A DNA stretch of 64,000 nt, from positions 12,152,001 to 12,216,000 of the forward strand of contig NC_135252.1 of NCBI RefSeq assembly GCF_964204865.1. The letters are read 5' to 3'. Both the position numbers and the translations under genes were made by a program. The DNA is from Styela clava (taxonomy: Eukaryota). Under the pieces are notes generated by a model. That model searched no databases, was not told where the DNA came from, and saw nothing but the letters and a program-made list of their open reading frames with translations. This document shows, in pieces, positions 40,301 through 59,223 of the stretch. Within the stretch, counting starts at the first letter, position 1. Every line of letters starts with the position of its first letter.

Positions 40301-43300
40301 GAGTTAGGTCTCATTGGTGATTAGTTGATTAAGAATCCGAGTTATTTGGTAAATGGTAACTCGTTTCTTTGTTTGGTGAATAGTGACACGAGTCTAATTG
40401 GTTTCGAGTTCATGACTTGGGTCTCCCCACATGTCGATAGTACTGTATATTAATGTGGTGGACCAGGGATTCGCATCCAGTTACCGGTTCGAGTCCAATA
40501 TTGTCCAACAGTTATATGGACGTAAGTACTAAATCTCCCAAAAACAAAACAAGACTGTAAAATGCGAAAATTGGATGGTTAACATAGGGTATATATCTAA
40601 ATGTTATGTGTCGGAAGGATGGACATATGGTCATTTGGTCACCATAAATCAAAGTGTAAAATATCTGGTAGGCTCTGCAAATAAAAAAAAAACTCAACAT
40701 TTAATGTTGCTCTTCATTACGATTATAAAAGGTACTTTTAGGTCTTTAACTTTCATAAATGTATATGTATCAGTATGAATATAATTAAATATATTATGGA
40801 GAAGCAAATTTCCGAATTAGAAATATATTTATATTTAAGAAATATATCAATCACATACCTTGATGCTTATTAAAGAGAGTAGAAGTTGGCGATGTGAGCT
40901 GGGGAAATGACATTGGTGGAGACTTCTTGAAATCTGAATGCAAAAATATACCTGCTTAAAAGTTGCAATGATAAAAATTGATTCATTCTATAGAAAAGTA
41001 AAAATCAAAATACCACCTTAGAAATCTTCAGATTATTTCGTGGACACAATCACATGATTATATAAAAAAATGGAGATCACACGCAGCATTACAGGTAATA
41101 ATGAGATAATATTTCAGGTATTGAAAATTGTTAATTATTATGATTTTATTTTAGGAAATGTGGCATGATCTGGGCAGGAGTTTGTAAGCAGCTTCCCAGA
41201 AATGTGCATACCGGTATGTCCCGCTTTTAGCATACTTTACTGTAGTGACATTTTTGAGATACCTGCTTGTAAGCAAATCTCACCAAGACAAAAAAAAACT
41301 ACATTGTTTATGCTCAAAAAGTACTATTGTTGTTGGAATATTGTATAAAGAGCAGTAATCATATGCATATTTGCTGATAAATAAAAGTTTACATCTTTTA
41401 TTTCTTCAGAAATCAAAAATTTACTATCACTTAATAATTTTTGTTATACTAACTAACCAGGACTGAAACACAGTTCATTTCCACTTTCTGAGTCATTATG
41501 TGAAAGTTCATCATCAGCCTTTATCCATTGTAATTTGAAATCAGTCTTTGAAGCATCAGCAGAATTTTCAGTTTTTGTTGCTGACCTTGCTGCATTCTGA
41601 AACAGGAAAATACAGATTTGGTATTGAGGTGTGCTTGTTCTGCAATTTGAGAAAAAAAAAAACGAAACAAAAACCTGCTAAAAAGATATGTGGTATCCAT
41701 ATTTTTGAATAGATTGTCTTATTAATTGCAGTCTCTTAAATGATTTAAAATAAGTTTATATTTTTAATTCCATATATTCTGAATTATTGATATTATAACA
41801 GTTTCATTCTCTAAATCTAAATTATCATTTTAAGAAATTGAAAATCTAGCATTATGAAGTAAAATGGTTTCTTTCCATTCCTGAAAACTGTGGGAAAAAA
41901 CAGAAAACTAATCAAATCAATTTTTCTCATCATGCATTTACAAATATAAACTCATTTATCACACATACAATCCTACATGTCCTCTGTTGAACATGAACCA
42001 ATTTAGAACATACTACATATTGGTAAATTAAATATTATTGGACGAAATTTCTGCATTCACAATCATTGCTATCTGGTGGTCAGACAGAGTTGGGAAGACT
42101 ACAGTACCGTTAGTCTACTGTAGTAGATTGCATTCCTTGCTTCCCCTGCTCAGTACAATGAATTATAGGATTTCTTACCTCAAAAAGAGGAGACTTCAGA
42201 GGAGAAATAGCTGAATTGCTCCTTGATAATGTTGTACCTGAAAGGAAATCATAAATAATCCAAATTGTACATATGATAAACCAAACACTCTGTAATATAT
42301 TGTAGGCCTATTAGCGAATCCTTCAAAGTTCTTTACCCTATAAATCATAATAAACATATATAAAATGTAATAGTGTAATAATATCTCTGAGATCATAAGT
42401 ATTTTACTACGCTGCATAGTGTAGATCAGGGACGTCCAACCCATGGCCCGTCGGCCATATGTAGCATTTTTGAGTGGTCTGTACTGTATTTTTTCGGAAT
42501 TAAATAAAAAAAAAATTGAGTGAAATTATTTTTCGATTGATGTAGTATACAAAGATGTGATACAAACGATTTGTTCATTTTCCTGAAATGCGCTCTGCCA
42601 GCCCTTTCAAACGAGCCATTAGGGGCCATTTTAATCGAAACCAACTGGGATACATAATTGATACATAAAGATGCCATAGTCGCTTACACACTTGGTCTTT
42701 TACTACTCTATATGATGTTATCGCAAAAGAATCGAAGTGTTGAAGAGCTTGGGAACTCTATAGCAGAAATTTTAATTGCAAAGGCGCGAAAAGTGCTTGA
42801 TGAAAGCACTGACATCAAGTTTACTGCTCAGTTGGCGATCTTCTTTCGGGGAGTTAACGATGATTTGAAACTAACGAAGAGCTCGCAGCCATTTTCCCTG
42901 TTAATGGTGCGGCTAGAGACGTTGGTTTGTTAGGAGCTGTTATAAAAATGATTAAGCGTCTTGGCTTGTCTTTGGCAAAACTTTCGGGAATAACCATTGA
43001 TGGCGCCATATCAATAGTTCAATTGTTCTAATAATTGTGAAACTTCGGTGTGAGGATTTTGTTTGTTTTTTCCTTAGCCTGTAGCAAAACTAGAACATAA
43101 CTACCATGTTAAGTGGCCCGCGCAATTATTAGTAAATTACATGTGGCCCTTCGGCCAAAAAGGTTGGACGGCCCTGGTGTAGATGAATAAGGCCTAACTA
43201 TGACAGGTTTAGGAACTGAATTCTTTGAGAATGTTATTATGAGATTAAACACATACCAAAGTGACCCCACACTACAGTGCGATTGAGATCAACATGAGCA

Positions 43301-46300
43301 AGTGAGATCGCGCACCAAAGTAGTTTTATGATACAGAGATCACACAGCACTGAGAAACAAAACTGGAATACCCATCCTATTTCCAGACAGAGATAAAAAC
43401 TATACGGTCGAGAAGGAGATTTATCACCATTCACCATCTACAGTCATGGTGAGTTGGATAAATCAAAGTGTTCACTAAATTTTTATACCAACTCAACTAA
43501 TGAGTTACATCACTAAAAATAAATGATTGTGAACTCTGATGTCTATACTGAAACCTTTTTGCTTTTGTTTGCTTTTAGATTGACAAAAAATATACTCCAT
43601 CTCTTTTAGTGAACAATATTAAAGTGAATATTATATGATATACCAATTATATTTATCATTTTCTTCATACCTGAATCTGTTAAAGATTTCTTTATTGTTA
43701 ATTTTTTTTCTTCCTTTTTGACTGTAAAATCATATTGAATATAATAGTTAAACAATATCTACGAAGTAAGATAAATAAAGATATGTACATGAAGGTCACA
43801 TGACAGAATAGTGTTGTGGTGGAAAGCAATCTTTTCAAAACGAGAACAACCCCAACAATGAGAATTAAGCAAAGTGATCCGTAGCTCCATTTTGTGTCCA
43901 ATATAGTCACATTTTATAGAGATGAATCGAACAGATTGCACAACTTAACTGCCTATTTCAAACTGAATTCTTAAATCACAAGAAGGATGAGAGAAACATA
44001 AATAGGTAAGCGAGAAATCGAAATAGGCCTTACTGGCACGGGGTTGAAATCCATTTTGTAAAAATCTGCTACTGACAAATTGTCTCTTACTTGGTACAAC
44101 AGAACAAACAATATTGTAAACTCCACTTAAACAAAAAAGATGCAAGATTGAAATTTAAGTAATATTTCCTCCAAATTAAATTTTTCCTTCATATATTAGT
44201 CCTGAGCATACCTGACGTCACTGCTGACTTTTTGTTGTCTGGAATAACCGATGTAAGTTGGCCATCTTTTCTTATAATGATCAGTTTTGGAGGAGGTTCA
44301 GATGATACTTCAGCATTAGATGGTACTTTCTTTTTTACTAAAAATAAACATAATCTTGCTTTTTCATAATAGAAGACTGTAATCCAAGTCAACCAACGTA
44401 TACCTTTTTTACCAAAATACTCAAGATATAAATTAAGATAAGTTATGTTAATAAGATATGAGTGATATCAGTATGTAATAAATGCTGAGAAATGGGTACT
44501 CCTGTGGTATGCCAACCAAGATGGCGGACACCAAAAAGTAGTATGTGTACCAGGTTAGGGTTCGGCTATAAATTAAGGTACAAATACTACGCGAGTCACG
44601 AACTCGTAATAGAACTAAAATAAGGAAAATTGGAATAAAATTATGGCCTAACCCTAACCTGGTACACATACTACGTTCCAGTGTCCGTCCTCTTGGTTCG
44701 CATACTACAGGAGTACCGAGAAATGTATATTTACAACAATAAAATTAATACGATGGTTACACAGTTTGGGTTTGAATCCCATGCTGTACATATCAGTGGC
44801 TGCTTATACATGAACTTGTTTGGAGGGAAAAGCATCGAAAAAAAAAAAAATTTTGACAAAATAATTCAAAAGTTGATTTCATGTTGCTTTCGATTCATAA
44901 GATACTGGTAATGCATTTACCTATAACAGTTTTTTGTAGCTTGTTCCAATGTTGACAATTTTTCTTGTGAGATTCAGTCTTGTTTTCATGCAAACTCCAT
45001 TCATTCTTTGTCATATTAATTGACCTCACATTGGGGTTGAAATTGAAAATCTTTGAAAACAAATTAAAATTAGAATCATTGTGACTAAAAAAAAATTTGT
45101 TCTATTTTGAATCTGAAAAACACTGACTTTCTTTGAGTATTTATGTTAGATGCAGGGTGACAACAAAAAAAGAGAATCCATGTAATTTGGTACATATTCC
45201 AGAGAGAACTAGAGAGTTCTAGATTAGTGAAACTTTCGGATACAATCATGCACAAACAGAATTTTTTTTTTTTTTTTGGGGGGGGGAGGGGTGACACCAT
45301 ATAAAATCAATTTTCAGCGTAATGATCCAAACTTCATATACCACTACGTTCAATCTTGTACTACTAAGTACTCATCAACACATATGGTAGTAAAAAAATT
45401 TGCAAATATCTGCTATGAACATCATACTATGAACATTAACCAATTATTTTCCAACCATCCATTCATTTTTTGTAGCTTCACCTAATAATGGCCTTGATAT
45501 TGACAAACCAGCCTAAAAAAAACAAAGCCTTTTCATAGAATTGGAGCCTGATTTGATTTTTCCTGAATGAACTTAAAGTATATCAGCATCTATAAGTATG
45601 AGGCATATGGCAGGAACTTTAAACACCATTACTTGCTGTTACATGCATACCTTTGGAACATGAAGTGGACATTGCAAACCACATTTGCAAGTATTATTGT
45701 TTTCAAGATATTGGCAAACTGCTGCAATGCTCGATAGTACAACTCCTGTGGGACTGACATAGGTGACAATGCTGTTAGAGGCATCAATTCTCCTGAAAGT
45801 AATACAAACAGAAATAAAATACACAAAAAATTCTTGTTTACTAATACAATAACCAGGGATATCCAAAACGAACCGAATATTCGAATACATTCCGAATTCA
45901 ATCTGTCAAACTCTGTTTTTTTAATCTGTCAAATTAGATGTTAGAACCTTGGGTGTCGAAGCTCGTTAACCAGTTTTGGTTCTCCACGGCTTCCTCTCCC
46001 CAGAAATGTAAATATCATTTTTCTTTATATTTCTGCATGTTTTTATGTTTTTTACTAGTTGAAAAAAAATAAACTTCACTTGACTTGACTTTCATTATAT
46101 TCAATATAGTAAATTTTTGAATTTAAAAATAATTTGGAACATTTTTATTTGAAAACTGGGGATTATTAGCCGTCAGACAAGTAGATCACACTGTATAATA
46201 TCTCAAGTGGTAAGAAACAATAAAGATAAAACAAAATATTTTTCAGAATGTATTCGAAATAAAAAAAATATTATTTTAGATATTCCTGACAATAACTATG

Positions 46301-46583
46301 ATTCTCATTCAAATAAATTCAAGCATTAGTATGCGAGAAATCATTTACAGCAAGATTATAGCAGTCATATTACGAGTAAGATATAAAGTTCAATTAGCAA
46401 ATACGGTATGAACTCTAGGCGATAAAATATTTGCTTAGCACCCTTATTGTTGAAATGAATAATAATGATTCAACTTGACCTGGTCAATCTTACAATGGCC
46501 ATGAAACTGCAACAAGAAATAATTAGAATTTGTTATTACCTTTCCCATCCAAATGGTATAACAATGCCACTGTTCTTTGACAT
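19340..46583 (-). CDS. MBD5: MBD5/MBD6-like protein (N-terminal MBD, C-terminal PWWP), ~22 coding exons, ~2,760 aa
   Basis: Hand-spliced GT-AG exons with consistent phases. MBD exons: 46583-46540 (MSKNSGIVIPFGWER), 45792-45651 (YVSPTG...TCKCGLQCPLHVPK), 45050-44921 (IFNFNP). Middle exons: 44337-44212, 43721-43671, 42237-42179, ~41.5k, ~40.9k, ~40.1k, ~39.5k, ~38.5k, 38254-32385, ~31.2k, ~30.55k, ~29.45k, ~26.1k, ~24.6k, ~21.05k. PWWP/C-terminal exons: 20705-20592 ([20 protein letters not shown]), 20203-20088 (VWVKWFGDH...EGLEAH), 19754-19661 (HLETAIQEAVDEL), 19456-19340 (stop). Some middle exons are less certain. Confidence 0.85.
22140..27545. mobile_element. Dispersed intronic copies of one Tc1/mariner-like MITE (~22140-22310, ~24640-24755, ~27363-27545; also ~45150-45300)
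   Basis: Shared TAACTTTTG.GC...TGAAACTTT.GG...AATCAT.CACAAACA core, with CAGGGTG / CACCCT(G/A)TA ends. Confidence 0.55.
28103..28865 (+). repeat. Intronic tandem duplications: ~190 bp x2 (28103-28490) and ~90 bp x3 (28594-28865)
   Basis: Repeated TAATTAAACTAAGCTAA...CAGAGATTATATGGCAC and AAGTAATTTTGTAG...TTCTTCAGTTTTTTATTGTAA. Confidence 0.85.
30199..30340 (+). repeat. 16-bp minisatellite, ~9 units (G(C/T)GGGTGCAAATGT..)
   Basis: Visible directly in the sequence. Confidence 0.85.
32385..38254 (-). CDS. Giant internal exon (5,870 nt) of the MBD5-like gene; P/S/Q-rich, then S/T/E-rich low-complexity sequence
   Basis: Corresponds to the 2004-aa ORF, bounded by TTTTCAG| and |GTTAGT. Confidence 0.8.
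39121..39419 (-). mobile_element. HINE/DINE-1-like element, copy 2
   Basis: Reverse-complement match to 14604-14915. Confidence 0.8.
42427..43176 (+). mobile_element. Non-autonomous hAT (Buster/SPIN/GTF2IRD2-like) deletion derivative
   Basis: 15-bp TIR CAGGG(A/C)CGTCCAACC; perfect 8-bp TSD GTGTAGAT; residual transposase LDESTDIKFTAQLAIFFRGV and TIDGA. Confidence 0.92.
44495..44717. mobile_element. Long-TIR MITE, possibly Merlin-like
   Basis: GGTACTCCTG...CAGGAGTACC termini with ~75-bp imperfect TIRs; perfect 8-bp TSD GAGAAATG; related fragments at ~13350-13440 and 38709-38770. Confidence 0.85.
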
Positions 46584-47424
46584 TTTGATGATCGAGTGAA
46601 AATATCTTCATAACTCCAACTCATTCAAAAATACTTTATTCAGTTGTTATATTCTGGGATAGTTTATTAATCGGTTACACTAATAATGGAATTCATAAAA
46701 AATTCAAATAAAATACGTTAATATTATTAGAAAACAAAAAAAAATATTGACTACATTATCCCTGTATCTCAGTACCTGGTTGCGAGCATCCTATTATTTG
46801 ACTGATGCATAACATTAGCGAACATGCAACATAGCGAAATATGAAAAACAAAAATTGAAAACTAGGGTCTCATTTAGTGTGATTTGACATCAGCATCGCT
46901 TATAGACAAATAATAAAGAGTGCCCACTGCAATGCAGAATATTCCGACGTACCAGCATTTTTGGTAGCCAAGACTAAAGGGTATAAAAGTGGCATAGCCT
47001 GGAGAAATAAAGTCAGCTACAGCTCATGGAATACAAAATTTATACGGTAACTAACAAATTGAAATCCTTGTACTGTGATACTGCAGTACTGTCTGACTGT
47101 GACTTCAGTACTACAAAAAAGCGCAATCTAATAACGTCATCATTGAATTCCTCTAAAAAAATTAATCCAATTTACGAAAGGGAAATTTTTTTTACCGTGG
47201 CATTCGAGAGTTTTTAGCAAAAAACGGCAATTTTGGTCTCGTGACGGCCATGATTAATATAGATTATTATTGTGACAAGCCCCTGGTTTGTGAGACACAT
47301 GGAGTGTTTGTTTTATTGAGCCAAATGGAGGGAAATTCTTGAAGTTTGGATAGTGTGCCCTACTGGACTTGGACTCTTTCTCCGAAGTAAATTGATAAAT
47401 GAATAAGACAATTTTAGTGCTGTT

Positions 47425-48252
47425 AGGGTGGTTTAGCCACTTTGCGGCCACGACCTATTTGCGGCCATCAACTTTCATCTATCAAATTAATGCCAAAAAA
47501 ATTAACGAACTACGACCATATTTCTCACAGGTTATCGTCCACTTTTCTCTCGTGGCTCTGCAAAATTACACTTAAATGCGGTCACAAACAAAAAAGTTAC
47601 AACCGAAAACCCGACCGAAGAAAATAAACGGATAATTTTTTCATGTCGCCAACTACCCATTGTCTCTACAAAAAAGCTTGAAAATCCATACAAATATAAG
47701 AGATAAAAAGATGAAACTTAGTAGGTGCGTAGAGTTGTGTCTCTTTTAACCATCTTCAAAGTTTCGCGTTTCTACATTTAAAGAGGGGGAATAGGGGGTG
47801 TGCAATTCCAATACGTCGATAATATCTTTGTTGCCAAATTTTCGACCACCGTGTTTTTGTCTGTTTGATTGCTGTGATGCGGTGCTTTGTTTATAATTCG
47901 ACGAGTTTTGTTCGAAATACCCGTGTTCTTAAATATATGACGGTCAGAAATGCAATTAGAAACCCAATTTTTTCACGCATGGCTGCATATCCTCTAGTCT
48001 CGACGCAGCAAAAACGATGTTGAAGACTTGAAATCTGTGGTCGCACACCGGTCGTTTGGCCGAAAATACGTCTTCCAAGTGTCGTAGGTAGCTTGTATAG
48101 CTTTAACCCCTGGTCGTATAAAGTTAATTTGAAGTTCAGCGTGCAGAATAAATGCCAATGCACCTTCGGTGAAAAAATTAACAGGTTAGAAATATTAGTT
48201 TTTGTTTAATAGTGTTTGAATGAAATCGTCCGCAGACTGGCTACACCACCCT
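47425..48252 (+). mobile_element. ~830-bp non-coding TIR element (GGG...CCC termini; superfamily uncertain, PIF/Harbinger-like)
   Basis: Left AGGGTGGTTTAGCCACTTTGCGG versus right (reverse complement) AGGGTGGTGTAGCCAGTCTGCGG; second copy at 3995-4650. Confidence 0.8.
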
Positions 48253-49174
48253 TCTTATTGCCATCTTCAGATTTTATTTTTGAATCAGATTACGACTATC
48301 CGGTATCCTGATATCAGAATATCAGGCTCTAGCGAAGTGAACGCCAAAACTGATTAAATAACGCCAAACAAAAAGTGAAATGAAGGCTGTGTCGCTCTTA
48401 CATGTAACTTAATGTGAAATTTTTATTTTATTTTTTAAAAATCTACCTGGCACAGAGTGAAATTCTTTGCAGGCTTGTTTAGTTAAAAGTAAACCTACTC
48501 AATTCGAGTTGTCCGCCTCCCTACGGTACCGGTATCCTGACTTACGGTTAACGTTCTGACGTTAGCAGGATGAATCACACCACCGAGCAAATTATAAACT
48601 GTTTATTGTACTGTATAATCATTATTATTGAGTTTAAATTAAACTATACCTGTAACTTATACAAATAAAATTGACATTCGACATTCTCAAATCCAAAAAT
48701 CCGCGAATTTCCAGATTACAACAAACTGAGGTAAATCCGCGTCGAGTCCACTTACGCTATTCTACGTTCTTGCTCTGCAGTGCCACCACTAAGTAACACA
48801 ACAGATCTGACAGCTGAGTTTGCAGTGAGTCTCTGTTATCGATGGATTGTGCTAAGTGGCGTAAGCGTATAGAATCCGCTAGCCATCGCACCTCTGAGTA
48901 CTAGGCCGAGGAACAAAATCTGTAAACAGCTTAAAAACGAGTTCGCAGCGACACTTGAAGAGAAACCTCAATTTAATAGGGTCAGAAAGCCAGAACCACT
49001 GGGACCACTGCACCTGTTGGAATGTTGGTCGTTCGTGGAAATTCGATATTGATGTTGGAAGCATTTGAACGGATACAATGATTTTGGATTGAGCTGGTCG
49101 AAAACGACAGGAGAGCCCGATACCCCAGTCCATGATTTGTGCATAGACTTCTATGGAACATTAAGTCTATTTGC

Positions 49175-50995
49175 CGAGCTTGTTTTTTGGTAACAATTTT
49201 TTATCACTGTGTTGTTCTTGCGATGAAACTGAACTAGGCCTACGGCATCGACATTTTACGCCAGCGAGTGTTTTTTATTCCATATTTTTGTAGGAAAAGC
49301 ACTGTTTGTGTTACCATACACGTCTCACATTTTAAATTTAATTTAAACTACATTCAATCCATTTACCAAGCTTGTTTTTTAGTAGAAAAAATTTGTCACT
49401 GTGTTACTTTTGCAACGTAATTGAACTAGGCCTACATCATCACGTCTCACACCATTTTTCGGCAGCGAGTGTTCTTTAATCCATATATCTGTAGGAAAAG
49501 CACATACAAGTCTCACATTTCAATTTAAAAGATATTGCCCGATGTCACATCGTGTTTTTGTTTTATTGTGTTTTGACTGTTTTGGGGGGACGGGCGCGTA
49601 CTTGTACGTATTCAACTTTATTATTAAGTTATGCCCGTCCTCCAGATCCTCTGTATTTTGTTTGCCCTTTGTTGTTGTTTTGTTTTTGTATCAGAGTGAC
49701 CAAATAAAATTGATTGATCGATTAATAGAAGTATTGCCTGATTTTATATCGTGTTTTTGTTTTATTGTGTTTTGACTGTTTTTGGTGTACGGGCACGTAC
49801 TTGTACGTTTTTTACTTTTTTAATAATTTATGGCCGTTCTCCAGGTCCTCTGTATTTTGTTTGTTGTTGTTTTGTGTTTTGATTCTATCAGAGTGACCAA
49901 ATAAAATTGATTGATTGAAGTCCAATTTACAAAATATGCAAATTTGACATCTCTTCACAATTGATCACAATTGATATTGGCGTCACATGCGCTTTTAACC
50001 ATATCCATATCAAAGTGACTACTGTATAATGTTCCGACTTACACTGAAATTCGGGTTACACCGAGTCTCAGGAACTGAACTGCGTCGTAAGTCGAGGACT
50101 CCCACTATACGGTATCATTACCAAACGCTGACTTTGAAAGCGTTTTGAGGAATTGCTGCTTGCAAACTGGCTCACATGTTCAAAACTATTATTTTTATTC
50201 AGAACAATAAACCACTTGCCGCTCATAGGTACTGATAGCTAATTTTAGGCTAGTCTATCGCATCGTTTGAGGTATTGATTTTTGATTATTATAACTAAAC
50301 TGAAGGTCGTCAGAAGACTTAATGACAAATAAGTTATTCGATGCACAATTATTTTATAAAACACAACTAAGAACTGAAAAATGACACGCAAAACTACCAA
50401 AAAGGGGCAATGTTTATAACCATGAGCGAAAGGAGTGTCTCAGCGACGGAATAAATTTCAATTGTTAGGTCATTGTTAACTCATTGCTGATTTGCAATTG
50501 TTACGGAAAAAAACAAGGAAATTAATGCTCGGGAAAACATCCATACCTTGACCCTAGGAAAATTCTTCCTATGCGAGTGTTTTGGAGAGTTGTCACCTAC
50601 AAACTGATTTACATGCTCAAAACCATTATTTTTATCGAAATATACAACCAATTGCCGCCTACACTTATTAATAGCTAATTTCAACCTAGTCTATCGCAGC
50701 TTTTCCGGGACGATTTATTAATGTAACTAAACTAAAGCTCATCGGAAGACATAATGACAACTAAAATACAGTACTTCAATTACAACTAATTTTTGTAAAC
50801 ACAACTGAAAACTGACAAATAACGCGCAAAACCACGAGAACGAGGCAATGTTTACAACCATGCTTGAATATTTGTCTGAGCGTATTAATAGGTATTTACG
50901 GTCTGAGCGAACGAAATGTATGAGCGGCTACAAAAATTGCAATTGTTACGTCATCGTTGACTCTTTGCTGGTTTGTCAAGGAAATCGATGACCGG
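49175..50995 (+). repeat. Successive diverged tandem duplications (~190 bp x2, ~200 bp x2 ending AATAAAATTGATTGAT, ~445 bp x2)
   Basis: Direct comparison: 49175/49370, 49549/49749, 50235/50671. Confidence 0.8.
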
Positions 50996-51406
50996 GGAAG
51001 CATTCATGAATATTCTATTTTACCAAAATCACATTAGGGTTCTTCTACTTGTGCCATATTCGCGCCACTAGTGGCGTAGCCGATATTGAACTAAAGTAGT
51101 GGTAGACTGATCAGGTTAGATCAGATCAGATCGATTAGCGTTTGAATCTCACATCAGGAATAGTAAAGACTTCCACATTTATTCCCGGAGAGAGGGAAAC
51201 CGATAAGACGTCTTATTCGTATGGCCACGCCAGCCATTAAAGATAGCTTCCATCGATATTTGTCTCCTTATCCTGTGGATATATCTCAAGCGCAGTATTG
51301 AATTGCCGTCAGACCGTACGGTTGGTCTGTAGGCGACGGTTCAAAAACTCTCTTCGAACAATTGATTATGGATGTAAAATGGGGTAGGTATGGACTGATA
51401 AGTTAT

Positions 51407-51700
51407 TTATTACTTATCGATTTTAATCGGTAAGTATGTTGATAGGTATTTGTCTGTCTGTTAGATGCACGCTATATCTCACGAAAGCGAGATTGAATCT
51501 GCTCCAGATTTTACATGTGCATTCATCATATGTCGGACCAGAAGCCTATTGATTTTGGATGAATTATGTCGCATAATTAACGAGTTATTAATTAATTAGT
51601 GATGGGACACAAGGTGTCACTATGGAGTGAGAGCGCTGTTTTGGGGGATCCCCTACCTTTCGATCGATAAGTCTTCCGCCTTTGACCGATATTCTCGTTT
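51407..51700 (+). mobile_element. HINE/DINE-1-like element, copy 3
   Basis: Colinear with 14604-14915. Confidence 0.8.
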
Positions 51701-52766
51701 TGTACATTATTCATTTTATATTTGAATAAATTCACTCATTGAGTGAACCATTTGAAAAAAAAGATGAATAAATTCAGAAATTAATCTTAGATTCTACATT
51801 GATTCTTACTCAGTCAGAAAGTGAAAATAAATATCTGAATCTAATATATCGTTCATGATAGGGAATGATTGATTCTGTTAATTATCAAAATCTCATTTTA
51901 TCATCATCAGAAGTCTGAAAACTGGATCAATATATATATTTTTTTTGATTGAACTATACTATGCCTTGTGTGTTTTGGAACCTCTGTCACGCTAGCGGAA
52001 TCCTGCTGCTCAAAAATACGATATCATAAAAAGTGTTTCATTATAAAATTTATGAATAAAACATAATTGAATCGTAGTCTACTAAGCAAATGCGGTCTAA
52101 AAAATTTTGTGTAAAATACAGTACTGGTATCCAGTCTGATGTGAATAGAATAAGAATATATACTCTAATAAAATTATGTAAGTTGTGCAATAAAATGTTG
52201 TATAAATGTCAAAAACATGTATACGTGAATAACAAATGAGGTCAATCAAATGAAGAAATTCGAAAAAAACTTGATCAGATTTCTAAAAAAATACTTTTAA
52301 ATACAACGCAATAACGTAAATTTCACAGAAAATCGATAAATTGACTCAAAATTTGAACAAGATCCGAGTTGAATTCAAAATCTTCCTAATCAAATAAAGA
52401 AATTAGAAAAAAACTTCACAGAAATATAAAAAATCGTTAAATTGACCCAAAATTTGTACAAGAATCGCTTGAGGGGCTCAAAAAATATTTTGGCTATAGA
52501 TAGCTGAATTCAACATCTTTCCAATCAAATGAAGAAATTGGGAGAAAACTTAATCAGTTTTCCAACGAAATGCTTTTTATACAACGCAATAACGTAAATT
52601 TCCTAAAAATCCGAAAAATCGTTTAATTGACCCAAAATTTGAGCCCCAAAGACAGATCTTGTTTAAATTTTAGGTCAATTTAACGATTTTTCGGATTTTT
52701 AAAATTTTTTTAATTAAAATTTTAATTAATTAAAAAAATTTAATTCTTAATTATTAACCAATTTAT

Positions 52767-53187
52767 GGGTCTCGTGTAGTTTCGTACCTCAAGTACTAGT
52801 AGGCGTAGCGTAACAATTTTTGCACATGTCAATTCTAACCCCCACTACGCCATCCAAAAATTACGTCACTATGATGTCATAGAGCTTGCCAAAGTATACC
52901 TACGATCGCCCTGAATGGCATCTGCGCCGACGATAAAGAACGCACTAACGGCAGCGATCTCTCTCATATCGGGATCACTGCGACGAGAAAACGAGAGAAA
53001 TAGCTTGCTCAATTTCGGATGATCGTCTGTGCGTCTTGAGTGACAGTTCGTTTAGTTTAAAGGCCTTATAGCGACACTGTGACGTCGTAGTGATGATGCA
53101 GTCAGGTGGGGGTTAGGATTGACATATGCAAAAATTGTAATGTTGCGCCCACCAGAAGTACATGAGGTACGAAACTACACTAGACCC
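52767..53187. mobile_element. Long-TIR MITE (MULE- or Merlin-like)
   Basis: GGGTCT(C/A)GTGTAGTTTCGTACCTCA termini, TIR similarity over ~110 bp, near-perfect 8-10 bp TSD CCAAT(T/C)TATG. Confidence 0.85.
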
Positions 53188-53676
53188 CAATCTATGGTAA
53201 TTGTTGGAATAAACTGTAAGCCTAGACTAAGTTGACTGTTGAATAATTTATGAATTTTAGAATTTATGTTGCAACAGCTTTGTTTCCGTAATAAGTGGGT
53301 TATGCCACATACCATACTTTCATAATTGAAAAAATGTTATGTTTTTTTCAAATTATTATAAATTCAGATATTTCTCCCATTTATCCTTGTCAAGCAAATA
53401 AGTTTAATCGACTTCACATTAAATTGGATATTTGTACCTGGAGACCCCAGTGAAATGGGTCCTCGAATAAAATAGAGCATGTCAAACCAGTTCTGTTTCT
53501 GTGAAAATCAATTTGTTTATTTCCAACAATCAATAATTCAAACATAGCGTTTTTTTGAAGTAGGTTATTGCCAACCTAATAGAATCAGCAAATTTCAGAT
53601 TGATTTAATACCTCATTGCTCACCATAATCAACTATTTTTCAATTTCTATACAGATATTGCATTCTTTAATTTTAA

Positions 53677-59223
<5,547 letters not shown>

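Noticed and set aside
48879-49133. 84-aa ORF in the putative promoter region
   Set aside because: No recognisable homology or motif; more likely UTR/promoter sequence.
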